Below, in pieces: positions 1-16,828 of a stretch of DNA of 64,000 nt (position 1 is the first letter of the stretch; the number at the start of each line of letters is the position of its first letter). The stretch is from Hormiphora californensis (Eukaryota > Animalia > Ctenophora). Location: the NCBI GenBank assembly GCA_020137815.1, contig CM035355.1:6138001-6202000 (forward strand), in the 5' to 3' direction. The position numbers were made by a program, and so were the translations under genes. The notes beneath the pieces are model-generated. The model saw only the letters and a program-made list of their open reading frames with translations, did no database searches and had not been told where the DNA came from.

Positions 1-996
1 TCCAGCTTATGCAGCCATGGTCATTCGACCAGCGATCATACCCCTCCGGTCCCCCTTCCCCTCCAGAACCAAAGAGCTTCACACCAAAACTTCTCTCGGT
101 AAGATAAACAGTAATTTTTATTTTAACTTGGGTGATACTGATTTACCCATTTCTTTACTTTTTAAATGGGGTACTGATAACATATTCATCCCCATCTTAA
201 CCAAGCTAACCCCTGCTATTCTCCAGTTCAGCCCAACGTTTCTACAGCAGCCAAATATCAGCCAACAACAACAACAACAGCCCTCACTATCCCTGACACC
301 TGAACTCCTGGCGCTACTCCAGCAGTTTCAGATACTACCTCCATCTCCCCTGGACCTGTTACCCGGAACAGCGCCAGCCGCGACAACCTCAAAACTACCG
401 GTACGTTCCAGTTGTATCCTAGTTCAAGAATTAAAGAGCCCAAGTGCTTAGTCACATTGATACCTGAGTGAGATCGAGGTAGCAGCGACCGAGATCGATC
501 TAACATAGGTTGCAATGGAGCCAACCCAAGTGCTACCTTTTATTAGTGGGTGCATGATTCTTCCCTGCCTTGCTCGACCCTCTTTCCGTGCGCTCCGTAA
601 AGGAGGGTTAAAACATAATAGCAAATTCTTCCCTGAACAACCAAGCTAAAACCCCATTGATTTAGGTGTCTCCAGTCCAGCCGGAGTCCCCGAGGAGCCC
701 AGTGCCAAGTGGACCTATAGATGTGACCACTTTGGTGAACCTTAGTATAAAGGACCTGAACAAGCAACTCAGGGGAATGGATCGCTGTGATGTAAGTCGT
801 AATATTGATTAGTGTAATGGCCACCCTTGTGCTTGTCGGCACAGTTTCAACAGTCAATACTTGACACTTGTGAAAGTTCGTTCTTGAGAGTTGGACAATG
901 TTTATTTACCCTTATAAACATCTCTTCATATACAGGTGGTTCGACTAAAGCAGCTGAGCGCGTGAGATACAGTACAAACTCGATGAGATAGGGAAC

Positions 997-1096
997 NNNN
1001 NNNNNNNNNNNNNNNNNNNNNNNNNNNNNNNNNNNNNNNNNNNNNNNNNNNNNNNNNNNNNNNNNNNNNNNNNNNNNNNNNNNNNNNNNNNNNNNN
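997..1096. other. Assembly gap (100 N)
   Basis: Run of exactly 100 N, a typical fixed-size scaffolding gap. Confidence 0.99.
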
Positions 1097-2153
1097 GCCA
1101 GTCATCCAAAACTCCTTCCATCTACTACTTTCAGCTTCTTTTTAACGAACTTTTTTTTTAAAAAACTGTCGGCGCGCCTTGTTGCCCTGCCATTTGCTTG
1201 TAATGTGAAGACTCTTTTTCCACTTTGCGTGTACACATTTAGTTCTTTCACTTTATTAAATCAATCACAAAAACCAAACGATTTTAATTTGTCCATTTAT
1301 GGGCGGCACCACTCATCTCCCCCAACCTAACCCTGCCCCGCATGTTGACAATGCGCTCCAGAGGGGGTCGCGTTCGGCGCAGACATCATGTCTGGCGCGC
1401 GGACCCCATCTGAGCGCACTGTTGAGAATCAAATCGGGGTCTGGCGCCGCCAGACAGTCCAGGTTATCTTGTCCCGTACCTCACGGAGTTTGTAATTTGT
1501 ATGGTGAATGTACTCTCCCGTAACGACATCGTCGGCAATATAATAGTCAGTTGCTGACATGGTGACTGAGATTGAAACACATTGTGATTTGTGACACTGG
1601 CAGGATTGGTACTGAAGTCTAGATTGGCTGTGTAGCTGCCCCGCTCCCAGGCTTGGTTACGGAGTTACCCCTTGCCAGGCCGGACAGAGGGGTGAAAATG
1701 GAAAGTGCCCTTAAGAGTCTAGAGGGCTCCTGTCTCCCAGTAAATGGCTAAACCGGAGTTAAAGATGCCCATCTTCCACGTATGTTTAGCAGAAACTGAC
1801 TGTCGATTCTGCAAACGAGTTTGGTTTGGATTGCTGCACTGAATCCAAATTCGTTGGAAGAACCAGTGTCCCACATGTGGAATTTCCCACGGTCCTTGCT
1901 ATGGCGCGCGAAGTTGAGGGTTCTTTTAATTTAGTAGACGTTCCGCGCGTAACATCACCGTTTGTCTGGGACTGACATGATTCTGGGATTCTGAGACACA
2001 TGAAACGGCAATTTGGGGTTTTGTTGGAAAGAATGAATAAGCACAAGCATTTCAGTGCTTAAAATGAAATACAGTTTGTTATAACAACGTCAGAACTCAG
2101 AATAAATCTTTAATAGACTTCAGTCGACTGTCTATTTAAACGTCGTTCCAGAG

Positions 2154-5093
<2,940 letters not shown>

Positions 5094-6444
5094 GAGTTAG
5101 AAGACTGTGTGGGGATAACAACATCTTATGAACATCTGCTGCTATAAACCTAAACCAAGAGAAGAAAGGTGTTTATTTGATGTGTAGGTGTGTTGAGAGG
5201 ATTTAATAGGGGGTAAGAGGATTTTTTGGCATTTTGCCTGGGCTCTCTCCCAATACTGCATTTTCCTCCACTTCAATGTAGCTCTGAAAATTGGCTAGCT
5301 AAACACGTGTATCCTTAATGTCACTCATAGCGACATAGCTTGTAACTTGAATACAAGAGAAGCTGAACTAGAGACTGTTTAATGCATCTCCCCACTCTGC
5401 TGGCTATTTTCAATACATCTGAAGGGAGAGCATGTTCAATGCTCAGTGAGGGGCTGCTATTTTAAAAAAAATCAAAACTTAGCATTGTTCACTGAGTTTT
5501 TCCTATTTGTTCTTCGAATAGCTACTGTTCGGCATCCAATTCGTCCAATAGATATTACATGAGGGGACTGTTAAGCTGACTTGGCATTTGTTGGTGGACT
5601 ATGAGTCATGATAAAATAAGTTGTTCTGTACTATAGAGAACTAATATTTCAGCCTGTACAGCTGTACATCACCACCTGCCACCTCATTGGATTAATGAAC
5701 ATGTTTTAGTGCACCAACCGGAGCAACAGAGATGAATAGTTTTAAACATAGTTTTTAGTGAATTACTGTGTTAGTTTGGGGAGTGAATGTATTCTAGTGG
5801 TTATATTATCTGAAACTCCCATGTGAGTGTCTGAGTAGAATCAGGGATAATTTTAGGTCTATAAGTTAACAATTCATGTCTCTCCTAATATATGGAGAGA
5901 ATCGAATGGGGCCTGAATGCCGTAGTTTAGACACAATTTACAGTTGAATTTGAATACTAGAGTCATTAGTTTAGTTGCTGGTGCCCGATTATTCGAGAGC
6001 CGAGATCCGAGTACCATGTAATTGTGCTGATTCAGCTCGACACCATCTAATGCTGATTCCGATAAAGTGAGGCGAACAGTAATTTTAATGTCCTCCCCAT
6101 TTTATAGCCGTATCATCTAACACACCTACCCTTACTTACAATTACCGCCTACACGTGTCATTTGAAGTTATAATTTTATTAATCTTAGTTCATTAATTCT
6201 ATAGTTCATCTTAGAAACGTTATCGTGCTCTCATCGTCAACCACGTGGCTCGCTCGTTGCCTTGTTCTCTCTATCTCTCTCTCTATCTCCACGCCCAGCG
6301 ACAACTGTAACGAGGAGGGTTAGTTCTAACAGGCCTTTATATTATTTATGTTCATTGTTCTAGCCCTCCTCTATGTTCTAACTTAGAACATAGCTACCTC
6401 GGTCGTTAGAGTTCATTAGCTGTTGTTTCCTTTTAGTTGTTGAA

Positions 6445-8290
6445 ATGGCATTGATGTCGATGGGCTGGCGCCTAATTCTTCTCGCCATGGTTCAAATGAG
6501 TAAGTTTAAAATTTTTTCTGTTTTCCTTTTTTGCCCCATTTTACAGAACTGATAACAGCTCTCATTTCCAGGCAGTGGAAGTTGGTCCCCGACGTCAGAG
6601 ATGGGTTTCCAAATGTTTCCTGTTGCAGATGGTACTGTTACCTTCAAAACAAGCTCTCCAACTGAGGGGACACAATCAGATCTTCGATTTTTTGAATCCG
6701 ATTACGATTATATCGGCGGCTTTACGGTCAGTCGTGGAATATGGATCATAAATTATTTCCTGTATTTTGTTTCATATATCATTATATTCAAATTGTTTAG
6801 AGGCAGCTTTACCGTCTAGTCCGACATTTAATCAAGAGAAACTGTAAATGTAGAGTTGACTGGCATTGCAAATTTCCAAGACGAAATTATTATTTTCAGG
6901 TGTATTACTATAGCTCAGGCCTGATGTATTGGGTACAGACTTGCATGACCTCATCGACCACAATCACCTCCGCTAGTACGGACTATACCGGTAAGATAAT
7001 TACTGCATGTCAACAGTGCTTTAACAAACATATTCATTTGAGCATTAATAAACTCTATGTTGTTGTTTCCATTGTCGACAAAGGAAACAACAACATACAA
7101 TACTCCACCAGTCTCTACAACCTTATTCAAATGAATAAACTCTGTCACCTGTAGGGGAGATAATCTGGCAAGTGATCCATACTACCACAACACTAACCCT
7201 TAAACGAGATGGTAATACAATCTTGACCTACACGTTCACTTCTGGTAGTTGTGCGGAGAAATGGAACACAGAACCCTACTATGCAGCAATCCATTCCGTT
7301 TATGATACAGCCACTAACGCCTACCTTGCTGGCGGGGGTAAGCACTTTTAATTGCTGTCAATAAGAAAGCCAACATGTGACTACTACAGTAGTATAGTTA
7401 AAACGTCATATAGGGGGTATGAAAATATCTAATAAGTCCGGGCTTTACGAGCTATCTGGATTATCCGGGAATTGGTATTACCCTTTAAAATATCTCTAAA
7501 ATCTCTTGCAGATTGGATGACAAAACAGGTCGAATCACTACAAATCGACTTATCGTCCACCGCACTCCAGATCCGCTCCAATTTCACTGAAGGCAGTGAT
7601 AATACCGTGAAAATGTATTTTTACCAATCCCGCAGTTATAACGGCTTCATCCAAATTGACTACGGTAGCTCTGCCATTACCTATCGTGTGAGCGTTTGCA
7701 TGTCTAGCTTGGTGGAACTGCCCACACAGCCAGACAGTGTGGGAGTGGGTACCGTGTGGACTTTGTCCCTCAGTTCGACCACCTTCACTTTGTGGTGTGA
7801 TGCCGTCACCGTGCTGGAATACGATTATGGGAGTTTGGAGTGTGCTACAGATGACTGGGCCAACCCACCAGATGAGATGTACTTCTCAAGAACAACTGAC
7901 TCTGATTACCGGCTGCAACCAGGTAGATAACTTGATTACACATCAGGGTAGAAGGTGGTCACTGGACGCTGCTGGAGCCTGGAACATGAAACAAAGCCAA
8001 TTTCCGATTTTGAGTTCAAACGGTTGTTGTAACTTGATTACACACTAGCAAGGACGGGCAGGTGCGCTACCATGTTAACACTTCCTTGTTAAATCCATCG
8101 TTACGAAATTTATATTTTTCAGATGTGTGTGATGATTTGATAGTTCCCAATTCATTGGAAGGGACCTACTCTGCCGGAAAGGGTTCCACAGTGGAGGTGA
8201 AGTGTAAAGCCGGGTATTTCGGTTCCACGATAACTTGTAGAAAGGACAGTGTGTGGAGTGAGGATGCTGCGGATGTTTGCACTGCCTACG
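6445..8290 (+). CDS. Secreted/cell-surface protein: signal peptide, two ~140-aa beta-rich repeats, Sushi/CCP domain; 3' end unresolved
   Basis: Exons about 6445-6499 (MALMSMGWRLILLAMVQM), 6572-6726, 6900-6990, 7155-7337, 7511-7922 and 8123-8290 splice in frame. Two similar modules (..IGGFTVYY..YWVQTC..WQV..C..W..DTATNAY and ..NGFIQIDY..YRVSVC..WTL..C..W..TTDSDYR) precede C..VEVKCKAGYF..ITCRKDSVWS..C. The last exon ends in a phase-1 donor ahead of the LTR element. Confidence 0.75.
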
Positions 8291-8410
8291 GTAAATAAAG
8301 TTGATCTGCATCTTGATTCTTGTAGTTTTCTATAGCTGTTGTTTAGCAATTAGCATTAAGGCCAGGGGGGATTTTTGGGGTGTTTTTGAGGTGTATGTTA
8401 AAATATGAAA

Positions 8411-9529
8411 TGTAGAGTGGTAAATTGTACTCTACAGCCCCGGTGTGAATATGTGTGAATAGTGATTATGTGTGAGTATGTGTGAGAGTGTTTCTAGAGT
8501 GAGAGAGTGAGTCGGGGCAGGACCACGTAGGCACCCAGGTTAATTGGCTTTAGGAAATAGTGCGAAAGTGGAGGATTTAACTCAATAAAGCAAGGAATGC
8601 TTGCAGCAAATGCTTGCAGTAAAATGACTGGTGGGCGGACTTGGTTAATCTAGCGATAATAGGGAATACTATGGTAAGGACAAGCTTGAGCTTCTGATAA
8701 GCTCGGAAACACCGGTCACGTGGGAGGGCGCAAGCAGGTCTTCGCGGGGATGAGGTTAATTGTATCCGGATCAGGCCTGATTAGTTAGAGCATCACGTGA
8801 TATCTAGAAAAATGGGTATTTAGGCAGGGTTCCTGGGCGAGGTTGGGGTCAGTCCGTCAGTTCTCTGTTTTATGAGACTGGAACTGGACCCTATATCAGC
8901 TTGTAGAACAACGGTCTTGTACAGTGTTGGAAGGGCCACATGAGAGTAAGTATACTCGTGCCTAAGTTTAGGGAACTTTCTCTTCAGCTTACTATCGGTT
9001 CACTTGGAACATGCCTACTATTTGACCAGGATTGAGTTGTGTTGGGCACGGCTCACCTGGGGACTTAACTAGGCCGAGATGAATCACTCGGAGCATTAAG
9101 TTGCTTTCTACATTGCTACCAGCTACAGTGCTGGAGGTTGACGGGTCCTAACGTGGTATAGGAGAGATTGAGATGAGATATGAGCGAGCGAGCTGCTTAC
9201 ATGAGAGGGACGTGTGTGAGAAGTGAGCGTGTGTCTGTCAGTATATATTAACATGTGTGCAAAGTGCGTGACATTTGAGTGTGATGATTGATGATTACCA
9301 TTTAGGGCTGGTATTTCCGCCTTTGCACCATGAGCTTTGAGTTTCTATTTGACTCGGATAACGGTATAAATTGGTCTTATCATCACCAATCCCCTTCATT
9401 AGATATGTGATTGGAGCAAGATAGTAGTATCTCGCTCCGTAGGTGTGTGAAGTGCATGTTGCATCACTGCGGAACAGGTTGCACATAGATGGCTTTTTAC
9501 AGTCCGGGCCTGAGCTTTACCCAACTACA
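8411..9529 (+). repeat. 5' LTR
   Basis: Direct repeat of 16829-17940; starts TGTAGAGTGG, ends CCAACTACA. Confidence 0.93.
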
Positions 9530-9532
9530 ATT

Positions 9533-9550
9533 TGGTCCGACGAACCAGAT
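9533..9550 (+). promoter_or_regulatory. Primer-binding site (tRNA-Tyr-like)
   Basis: TGGTCCGACGAACCAGAT 3 nt after the LTR; TGG complements CCA and the rest resembles the tRNA-Tyr PBS (TGGTCCTTCGAGCCGGAT) common in BEL/Pao elements. Confidence 0.7.
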
Positions 9551-12500
9551 AATTGATTAGAAGTCCGGGATGGGTCGAAAATTAAGAGCATATTGAATGT
9601 ATTTTACTGGAGACACAGTGCACATAGCAGGCCGTGTAACTTTGTTGACAGTAGATGAAAATAACGCTCAGCATAGTGCCTTGGGACATTTATAGAGCTA
9701 CCAGGATACAGCTAATTAGTGAGAAGGTGTATATCAAAAGAGTTGCAAGAGCTGAGTAGAGCTGAGTAGAGCTGTATATAACGGATAAGTTTGAATGATT
9801 CGTGGAGTTTTGATTTTGCCCAGGTTGCGATAATTATGACGCGGCAATTATTTTGTGATATTTTACGCGACGAACGCAATACAATTGTATTCCAATTTGG
9901 GTAAGTAATCTATTCATTGTTTGTATTGCGGAGGCTGGGTGGCTTGCTCATTAAAATGTAAGTTTTATCTGGGTGCCTGTTAGTAAATATTATTCACGCT
10001 CGTTAATTGAGCTAATTTGACGTGTTTTAGTCATGAAAAAAAATAGAGGTATAATTCCCACTTGATATATGCACACAAAGGTGTAGCGTATTCACTCAAT
10101 CATTCATAAAATATGATAGGGAGCAATTTAATGTACCTTAACAGAATGGGAAATTAAATGGCTGTGAAAATTGGACTTAATTAATATGTTAATGGGCCTA
10201 GCTATCGTGGCATGCTTAGCTTTTTATAATTCCCTACTAGTCCTTTATTTTGGCAATTTGGTGGGTTTGACGCGGTATGCGTGTATTTGCAAGTTTTGTT
10301 TATGTGACGGCCATAATTGCAAACGGGGAAAAAACGAAAATTAAACCGTCCAATCTTATAAGAAAAAATACACTGTATTCATCATCATTATGAAATCACA
10401 GTTTACGAACCATGGGGGTTCTGGTGATATTGAAAGTAATAATATTTATGAGGGTAGTGTTACCACAATTGTGGTGAGGCAGTAGTGATCAACATACTAA
10501 GGCAGGCTTGTGGGTAATGTGTGACTTGTATTTGTATTGTGGGGTGGATTCATAGTTGTGGGAATTTTGCATCTGTGGTGGGCTTGGGGGTGCTGCTTAG
10601 TTCGAAGTTATTTTCACTTACTTATTCAAGGTTTTGTCGCGTTCACAGGTCAGCGGCATGGCAAATGTTTCGCCTTATTTGTGGCTTGTATAGAGTCTAT
10701 TAGAGTAAGGAGGGTAACTAACAACCAGGGGAGTGAGGTTCCTTTTCAGGTCATGAACTTTGGCTCGCGAACTGCTTTTTTTGGAGTTATTGGAGGTAGT
10801 GGAGGGATCACACGGAGAATGGCCAAGGTCGACAGCGCTACATTTCCTGGATCGTCTGAGGAATTCATCTTTCTTTCTCTGGAATTATGGCAGAGGAATG
10901 GATCATTCTCTGAGGTAGTAGTAACCTAATTTACAGGAAATGCGCTCAATATTTTCAGAGATTTATTGGGAACCTAATGTGTTCTGATAGAAGTGTTCAA
11001 AAGAAGGCGTTCTGACGGAGGCGTTCTGAAGGAGCTGCTTGTATGCTACAAGGATAAGGAAGATGTTCTGTAGGAGGTGCAAGGATGGAGGAGAGATAGC
11101 ACGGTGATACGGTTGGATGTGATCTCGGATACTGGAGGATAAACAGTGGGATGTGGGAGTGGGAGGTGCATTGCTGTAATGTGGAAATGTTGATAAGCTG
11201 ATTAGAGGGGGGACATTCTTCAACTTGGAACAGACATTTTATGGTGGTATGATGCGAGTTCTCGGTAAGATAAAGCATGCAGTTTATGTTACTAGACAGT
11301 TTAATAAGAAGCTACGTTTTTAGGATCAATCAGCAGGTTTTGTAGGCTGTCTATTCCCTCTATCATTCAGGGGGAGAATCATGTTTCAATAAATTGTATT
11401 TCATTTTTTATTATGTGTAGTGGGACACTATTTGCACGAGTAGTTGCACAGGGGCTCGAGAGATGGGGGCCGGGCATGTGGGGTTCTGCATGTGTATACA
11501 ATCGAAAATCTGTTGCATATTGAGGGCTTTATGGAAAGAGCCCGATTTACAGAGTTTGTGAGCTCTTAATTTCCAGTATGGGTTATCAAATGACGAATAG
11601 ACGGAATTCGGGCGGTAGGGGTGTACAAATTGATCCAATAGAAGGGTGGATTTCAGCCTAGCTTGGGTGTAGGGCACAAGTATTTTGTATCATAGAGGCT
11701 GAATTCGACGTGCATTAGGGTCTTGCATGGTCACGGTTGGGGGTGGAATGGGGAGGGGCTGCTCGACGGGCAATTTAATTGTACGAGTCGCATAATACGA
11801 ATGTTGTTACACTAGCCTTAGCTCCAACCACAACATTATTTTCCTACTCTGAGTGCTAGTGCAGCTGTCGAGGTTGAGTTATTTGCATATCATGTCTGAG
11901 AAAACAGGTTATTGGGTCATGTAGAGACGAAATAGAGATGTGTCATGTGAGTAGGATGGAAACAATTTGGACTGCTCAACATTCAGGGTATTTAGCTAAT
12001 TATACTTATTTTAAAAGAACTTTTGAATTTGGTAATGAGACAGTTGGGAAGAGTTGGACTTATAATGTCCTCTTCTGTCTGTATTTTGATACAGTTTGAG
12101 AATGCTTAGGCTTATTTTGAAGAACTTTGGTTAGGAATAAACCAAGTTTTTATTCGTGAAAATTATCTAGAGCTAGGATCGCCAGGTGGATACTTAAATA
12201 TAAATTAGTTATTATGCAGTGTTATTTACGGTAACACCACACGGGTATACAGATCTCGATAATTTTGTAGGGAAACGTAAGTCAGCTTCGAATAGGAACG
12301 AACTGATAGCTTGTTAAGCCGAAATTAATTGAGCTAATACTTGTGCATATGAAAAGCTTTGAAGGTAAATAAGCTATAAAAGACTAGACATAACAGTTAG
12401 ATATTACAATAGGAGGAAGTAGGTTTATATTTTGTCTTGAATTTGACAGTCTGTTTGACTGTCCTAGCGACAAAGGGTCCACATGTGTCCAAATGGGTCA

Positions 12501-12756
12501 GGATGTGGAGGAACCGCTTTTATACATAGGGTTTCATCATAATTATTGATAATTATTATATTGATACAATTAGGAAAATAAGTCTGCTTGGGTTGACAAT
12601 TAGTGAATAATTATAATTCATACATTATTCAATGTTTCTGGGTTTAGCTGAACTAATGAGCTAATAATTAAAGTAGGTGGCTAACCTGATAGAGCTGGCA
12701 AGCTCCAATTTAATGTTGAGCAGAAAATACAGAGATATTAGATTGTGAGTGACACA

Positions 12757-12990
12757 GAGCGAGAGAGAAGAGCTCCCGAGGAGGTAGAGCCAGAGAGAGA
12801 GATAGAGCTCCCGAGGAGGTGAGCCAGAGGGAGAAAGAGCTCCCGAGGAGATAGAGCCAGAGTGAGAAAGAGCTCCGAGGAGTAGAGCCAGAGTGAGAGA
12901 TCCGGGAGGTAGAGCCGAGTGAGAAAAGCTCCCGAGGAGGTAGAGCTAGAGTGAGAAAGAGCTCCCGAGGAGATAGAGCCAGAGTGAGAG
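12757..12990 (+). repeat. Tandem ~30-bp minisatellite inside the LTR element
   Basis: About 7-8 imperfect copies of AAGAGCTCCCGAGGAGGTAGAGCCAGAGTGAGA. Confidence 0.9.
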
Positions 12991-15900
12991 AGCTTATGCA
13001 ATAGATGGCACGGATTTCTCAGATTATATGATCGACAGTCAGTTGGCAACTTTAGATAAATATGTGAGTGGTTAGTAGAGCTTGTGCATGGGAGGAAGTA
13101 GCAGGATTAGGATCTTTTAACATTGCACGAGTAACGGGTGTTATACAATCCATTGCAAATTAAAATTGGCACTGACGATTGGGTTGGAAGTTAATTAATG
13201 GGAGACCATTTTCGGACGGGGGTGGGGTGGCTTGGTAAATCTTGTTCAAAGAGAGCCAGGAAAATATATATAAGGGAGATACACTGGAATTAACACTGTC
13301 GAATGAGAATAAGATTCTACAGTTACTTAATTCTTATTTTAGATAGACGGCTATGATTTACAAAAGGCGTTGTAAGTGCTTCAATTTGAGTGTAATTGTT
13401 GGGAACCAGCGGGCAGGTTAACTAGGTTTAGCTCATAAGAAAGTTGTTCAAGTAATTGGCTAAACCAAAGCTCTCTTTAGGGTAAAGTCTTGCTGTATTG
13501 AAATACCCAGAAACCGACTGATGTGCCTTACAACCACGTTAGATGTCTAAGTTGTCTTACAAGCAACTTGGTATAAGGTTCAGGGTATAAAAAGGCAAAC
13601 ATTTGAATGATTACAAGAAGTTGGTTTTACTGTTTGGGTAGAGGGTAAGCTTATAGACTTGTTTGCTGATGTATAATTAGAGGCACGGTGAGTTGGACGG
13701 AGTCAAGGGGAATAATTCATGTATTGATATGTTTGTTTTGTTCAAATCATATGCAGAGCGCATGAAGATTGAAGATTGAGTCTAGACGGAAATACTGAAG
13801 GGGGGGGAGATGGGGGTGTTTGACCTGTCGGGTTGGTCTTAAAGTTTTTGGCATTGATTGATTTTGAAAATGGTGTATTGTTTCATGGAAAGGGCGGTTT
13901 TCGGAGAGGGTGGGAGCAGCCAAAAGAAGAAGTAGGTCTCTCTGAAGAAGCAAGCTCATGAGTAGAAGTACTGGGGCGGGGGAGCAGAATATAAATTGGC
14001 ACCAGCAAAAGCATGAGGGGAATTATTTATTTGTGCGGAAAATTTAAGGCTATTACTTATTGTACTGAGATTTACAAAACGTACGTAGTGATTGATGTGC
14101 TTAGCCCAGTCCGATAGACACTGGGACGTGGGAGTGGAGGCGACAACAGTTGGTTATGTATAAATACATGGGACATTATGTATGGTAAATTGTTAGTACC
14201 CGGGGAGGAGCTACGAACGGTTCTTTGATATTAACTATCGGCATAAAATTTGGGCATGATCTGTATACTGGGGGATGCAGCGGTACAAGGGCCAGGGGGG
14301 TTGGTATACCCAATTGGATTGGTTTAGTTAATTAATGCGATTATCTAATGAGAACGTAGATAAATTATCAAGGAACGTGTAGGAATGTTAGTCTAGTACT
14401 AGGCCTCTGAAGGGTCTTTAGAATCTAAGTAGGGCTAGACACGGTATATAGGCCGTGTTACAGGAAGGAGAAGAACACCTTGATGAATGGTGGGGATCAG
14501 ACTCAACCTTCTTACGATCGGATGGGTAGTCTAGTGAAAACAGGTTTTGACCTTGGGAGCATTGGGTAAATGAATTGTAGATGCATCTGGGAGTTACAGG
14601 GTAGATCTCTCTTTTACACGTTTTCGCTGGACTAATGGGTGTTTAACGGCCGAACGATTTATAGGAGGGGCTATTTATTAATATTGCACTAGGTAGGGTT
14701 GGACTAGCTGTTGGATGATGTGTCGGTAATTGGGATATAGCTTGTGTACTACATTGTATAACACACATCCGCATTCAGCTTTGAATGCCATAAATAGGGG
14801 GAGGGTGTTAAATACACACTGTGCAAGCCAGGGGGCATGGGATGGATAAACCTTAATTGGGTCACGAATGAGTTATATACGGATACCGAGCGTGAAGCTT
14901 CGTATACCTGCATGAAGGTGGGCGGGATTGGGACGGATGGTTTGGGATTTAATTAAACGTCATCCACATTAAATTCACGATGGCACACACACATTACAAT
15001 ATTATGGTTGTAACGTGTAGTATAGCAACTACAAAAATGTATTCTTTCAACAATTCACTGCATATGACTCATGCGTTTCAAGTCACGCATCTCTTGATTC
15101 AAGGGATTCTAGCACAAACGAAAATTCATTAAGTTAAATTCGCATGATTTTTGAGTCTGCAGTAAATTTATCTAGAGGCCTCCAGGGAAGTATCTTTAGG
15201 GTTCTCAGCCTAGATAGTAGCAAATCATAGGGCTAGAACATTGCTAACCTAAAGTAATACTTCTCTGATTGAATGATTGTTTCAAAGACCTGAAACAACT
15301 TGCTTGTTATGTCTTTAATTAATACAAGTTTGCACTGGGCGGGACAGTGGGTAAGTACACTGTGGGGGGCACAGGTACCCCACTGTCTTATCCATGGACG
15401 GTCTGCAGGGATGCAGAGAAAGCAGGTGGGGGAGCTGAAACTGGGTGGGATGGTGCAGTCAATGCGATCAAGGACGGTGGTATTATTTATGATCGTAAAA
15501 CTGGGGACGTCGCGTACACAGTTTACACAAGTGCAATGTAAGCTCTTCCCAGGAGGTGAGGACTGGGGGAATGGATTGGGGGTGGGAAGGTACAGCGATA
15601 TGAATTATTATATAGCTTGAAGTTGCATTGAAAGAATACAGTTGCAGGAACGGAACGGTCACGGATTTTTTGTCTTGGGAGGGGTGGGAAGACACGACGA
15701 TGGTCATGTCAAATTCATAATCAGATACGAGAGGGGGTAAACAATCTGATGCACGGAGTTTTTGAGGTAAATTGTGAGTAAAATTTGAGTGGAATGTGAG
15801 TCCGTACGGTGCGAATGTTTATACGAAAAGTAAAGTAAAGTAAAGTAAGTTAAATTTTACATTTGAAGTGAGTACCAGAAGACAGCATGTATCAGACTGA

Positions 15901-16813
15901 AATTCTTAGCTGTGTGTATTTTTAACATATTGTGTGGTGTTTGTGATTAGCTGGCTCAGGATAGCTTACCTGTGCTATTGGTCAGCAACGGAAACCTGTA
16001 TCATCGACAGTTGGAGATTAATACAGAGCCGCTGATACTAGGGAGTTGGGGTTTGTACTGAAACCTATCGGGTTCCTCGGCGGGGGAGGAGTGACAGGTC
16101 GCATATGCAATAGATGGATTGATCAGGCGTGTATGACAGGAGGGCGACACTTTGGCTATGCATCACTTTTAATAGACAATTGATCCAGCAGAGAATGTGA
16201 ATGTCAGGGCGGAGAATGTGAATGTCAGGGCGGTTATGTGCAACTAAACAGTGTCTTTAGAGTCAACAAAAGACTGGGAGGAGGAAACGATGGAGATCCG
16301 GATTTGGAGGGTGGTCAGTGGCAAGCAGAATTCTTGGTATAGCACCAGCTCCCCAAGTCTCCTTGGGCCAAAGCAGCTTGGCAACATACCAGCCACATCA
16401 CCCAGCATCAACAGGAGGGCTATAATAGAACTATTCTAAGGAGGAATTACAAAAGGAACACTTATTAACAACATGAGGCATATTTTACTCGGTTGGCTGC
16501 ACATGAGGATCGGAGGCGAGAGGATCAAAACTACTACGACGGAGAGTGCTCAGAGAAGAGTTTGGGACGCTGAAGGACAATACACCATTGCTCAGAGTAC
16601 TGAATAAGAGGCAAAAGAAACGGATTTCACGGACACTGACAGGCTACCACGCATCGGGCTTGTTGTGAGGACAGGGGTCACATGTGCGAACTTCAATCTC
16701 CTATGGTATCGGCTCAGCTCTTCAAAACCAGGACACTACTGGAATGGGAACTTTTTACTCATCAATATCGCCATGGACTTTCAATGGTATGTGTGAGAAG
16801 GACTTTCTGTTCT

Positions 16814-16828
16814 GAGAGGGGGCGGGAA
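16814..16828 (+). promoter_or_regulatory. Polypurine tract
   Basis: GAGAGGGGGCGGGAA directly before the TG of the 3' LTR. Confidence 0.85.

Noticed and set aside
17-996. 144-aa Q/P-rich ORF and neighbours before the gap
   Set aside because: No recognisable motif or splice structure; truncated by the window edge and the gap.
12757-12990. CRISPR-like ~30-bp periodicity
   Set aside because: Head-to-tail repeats with no unique spacers, no cas genes, eukaryotic context.
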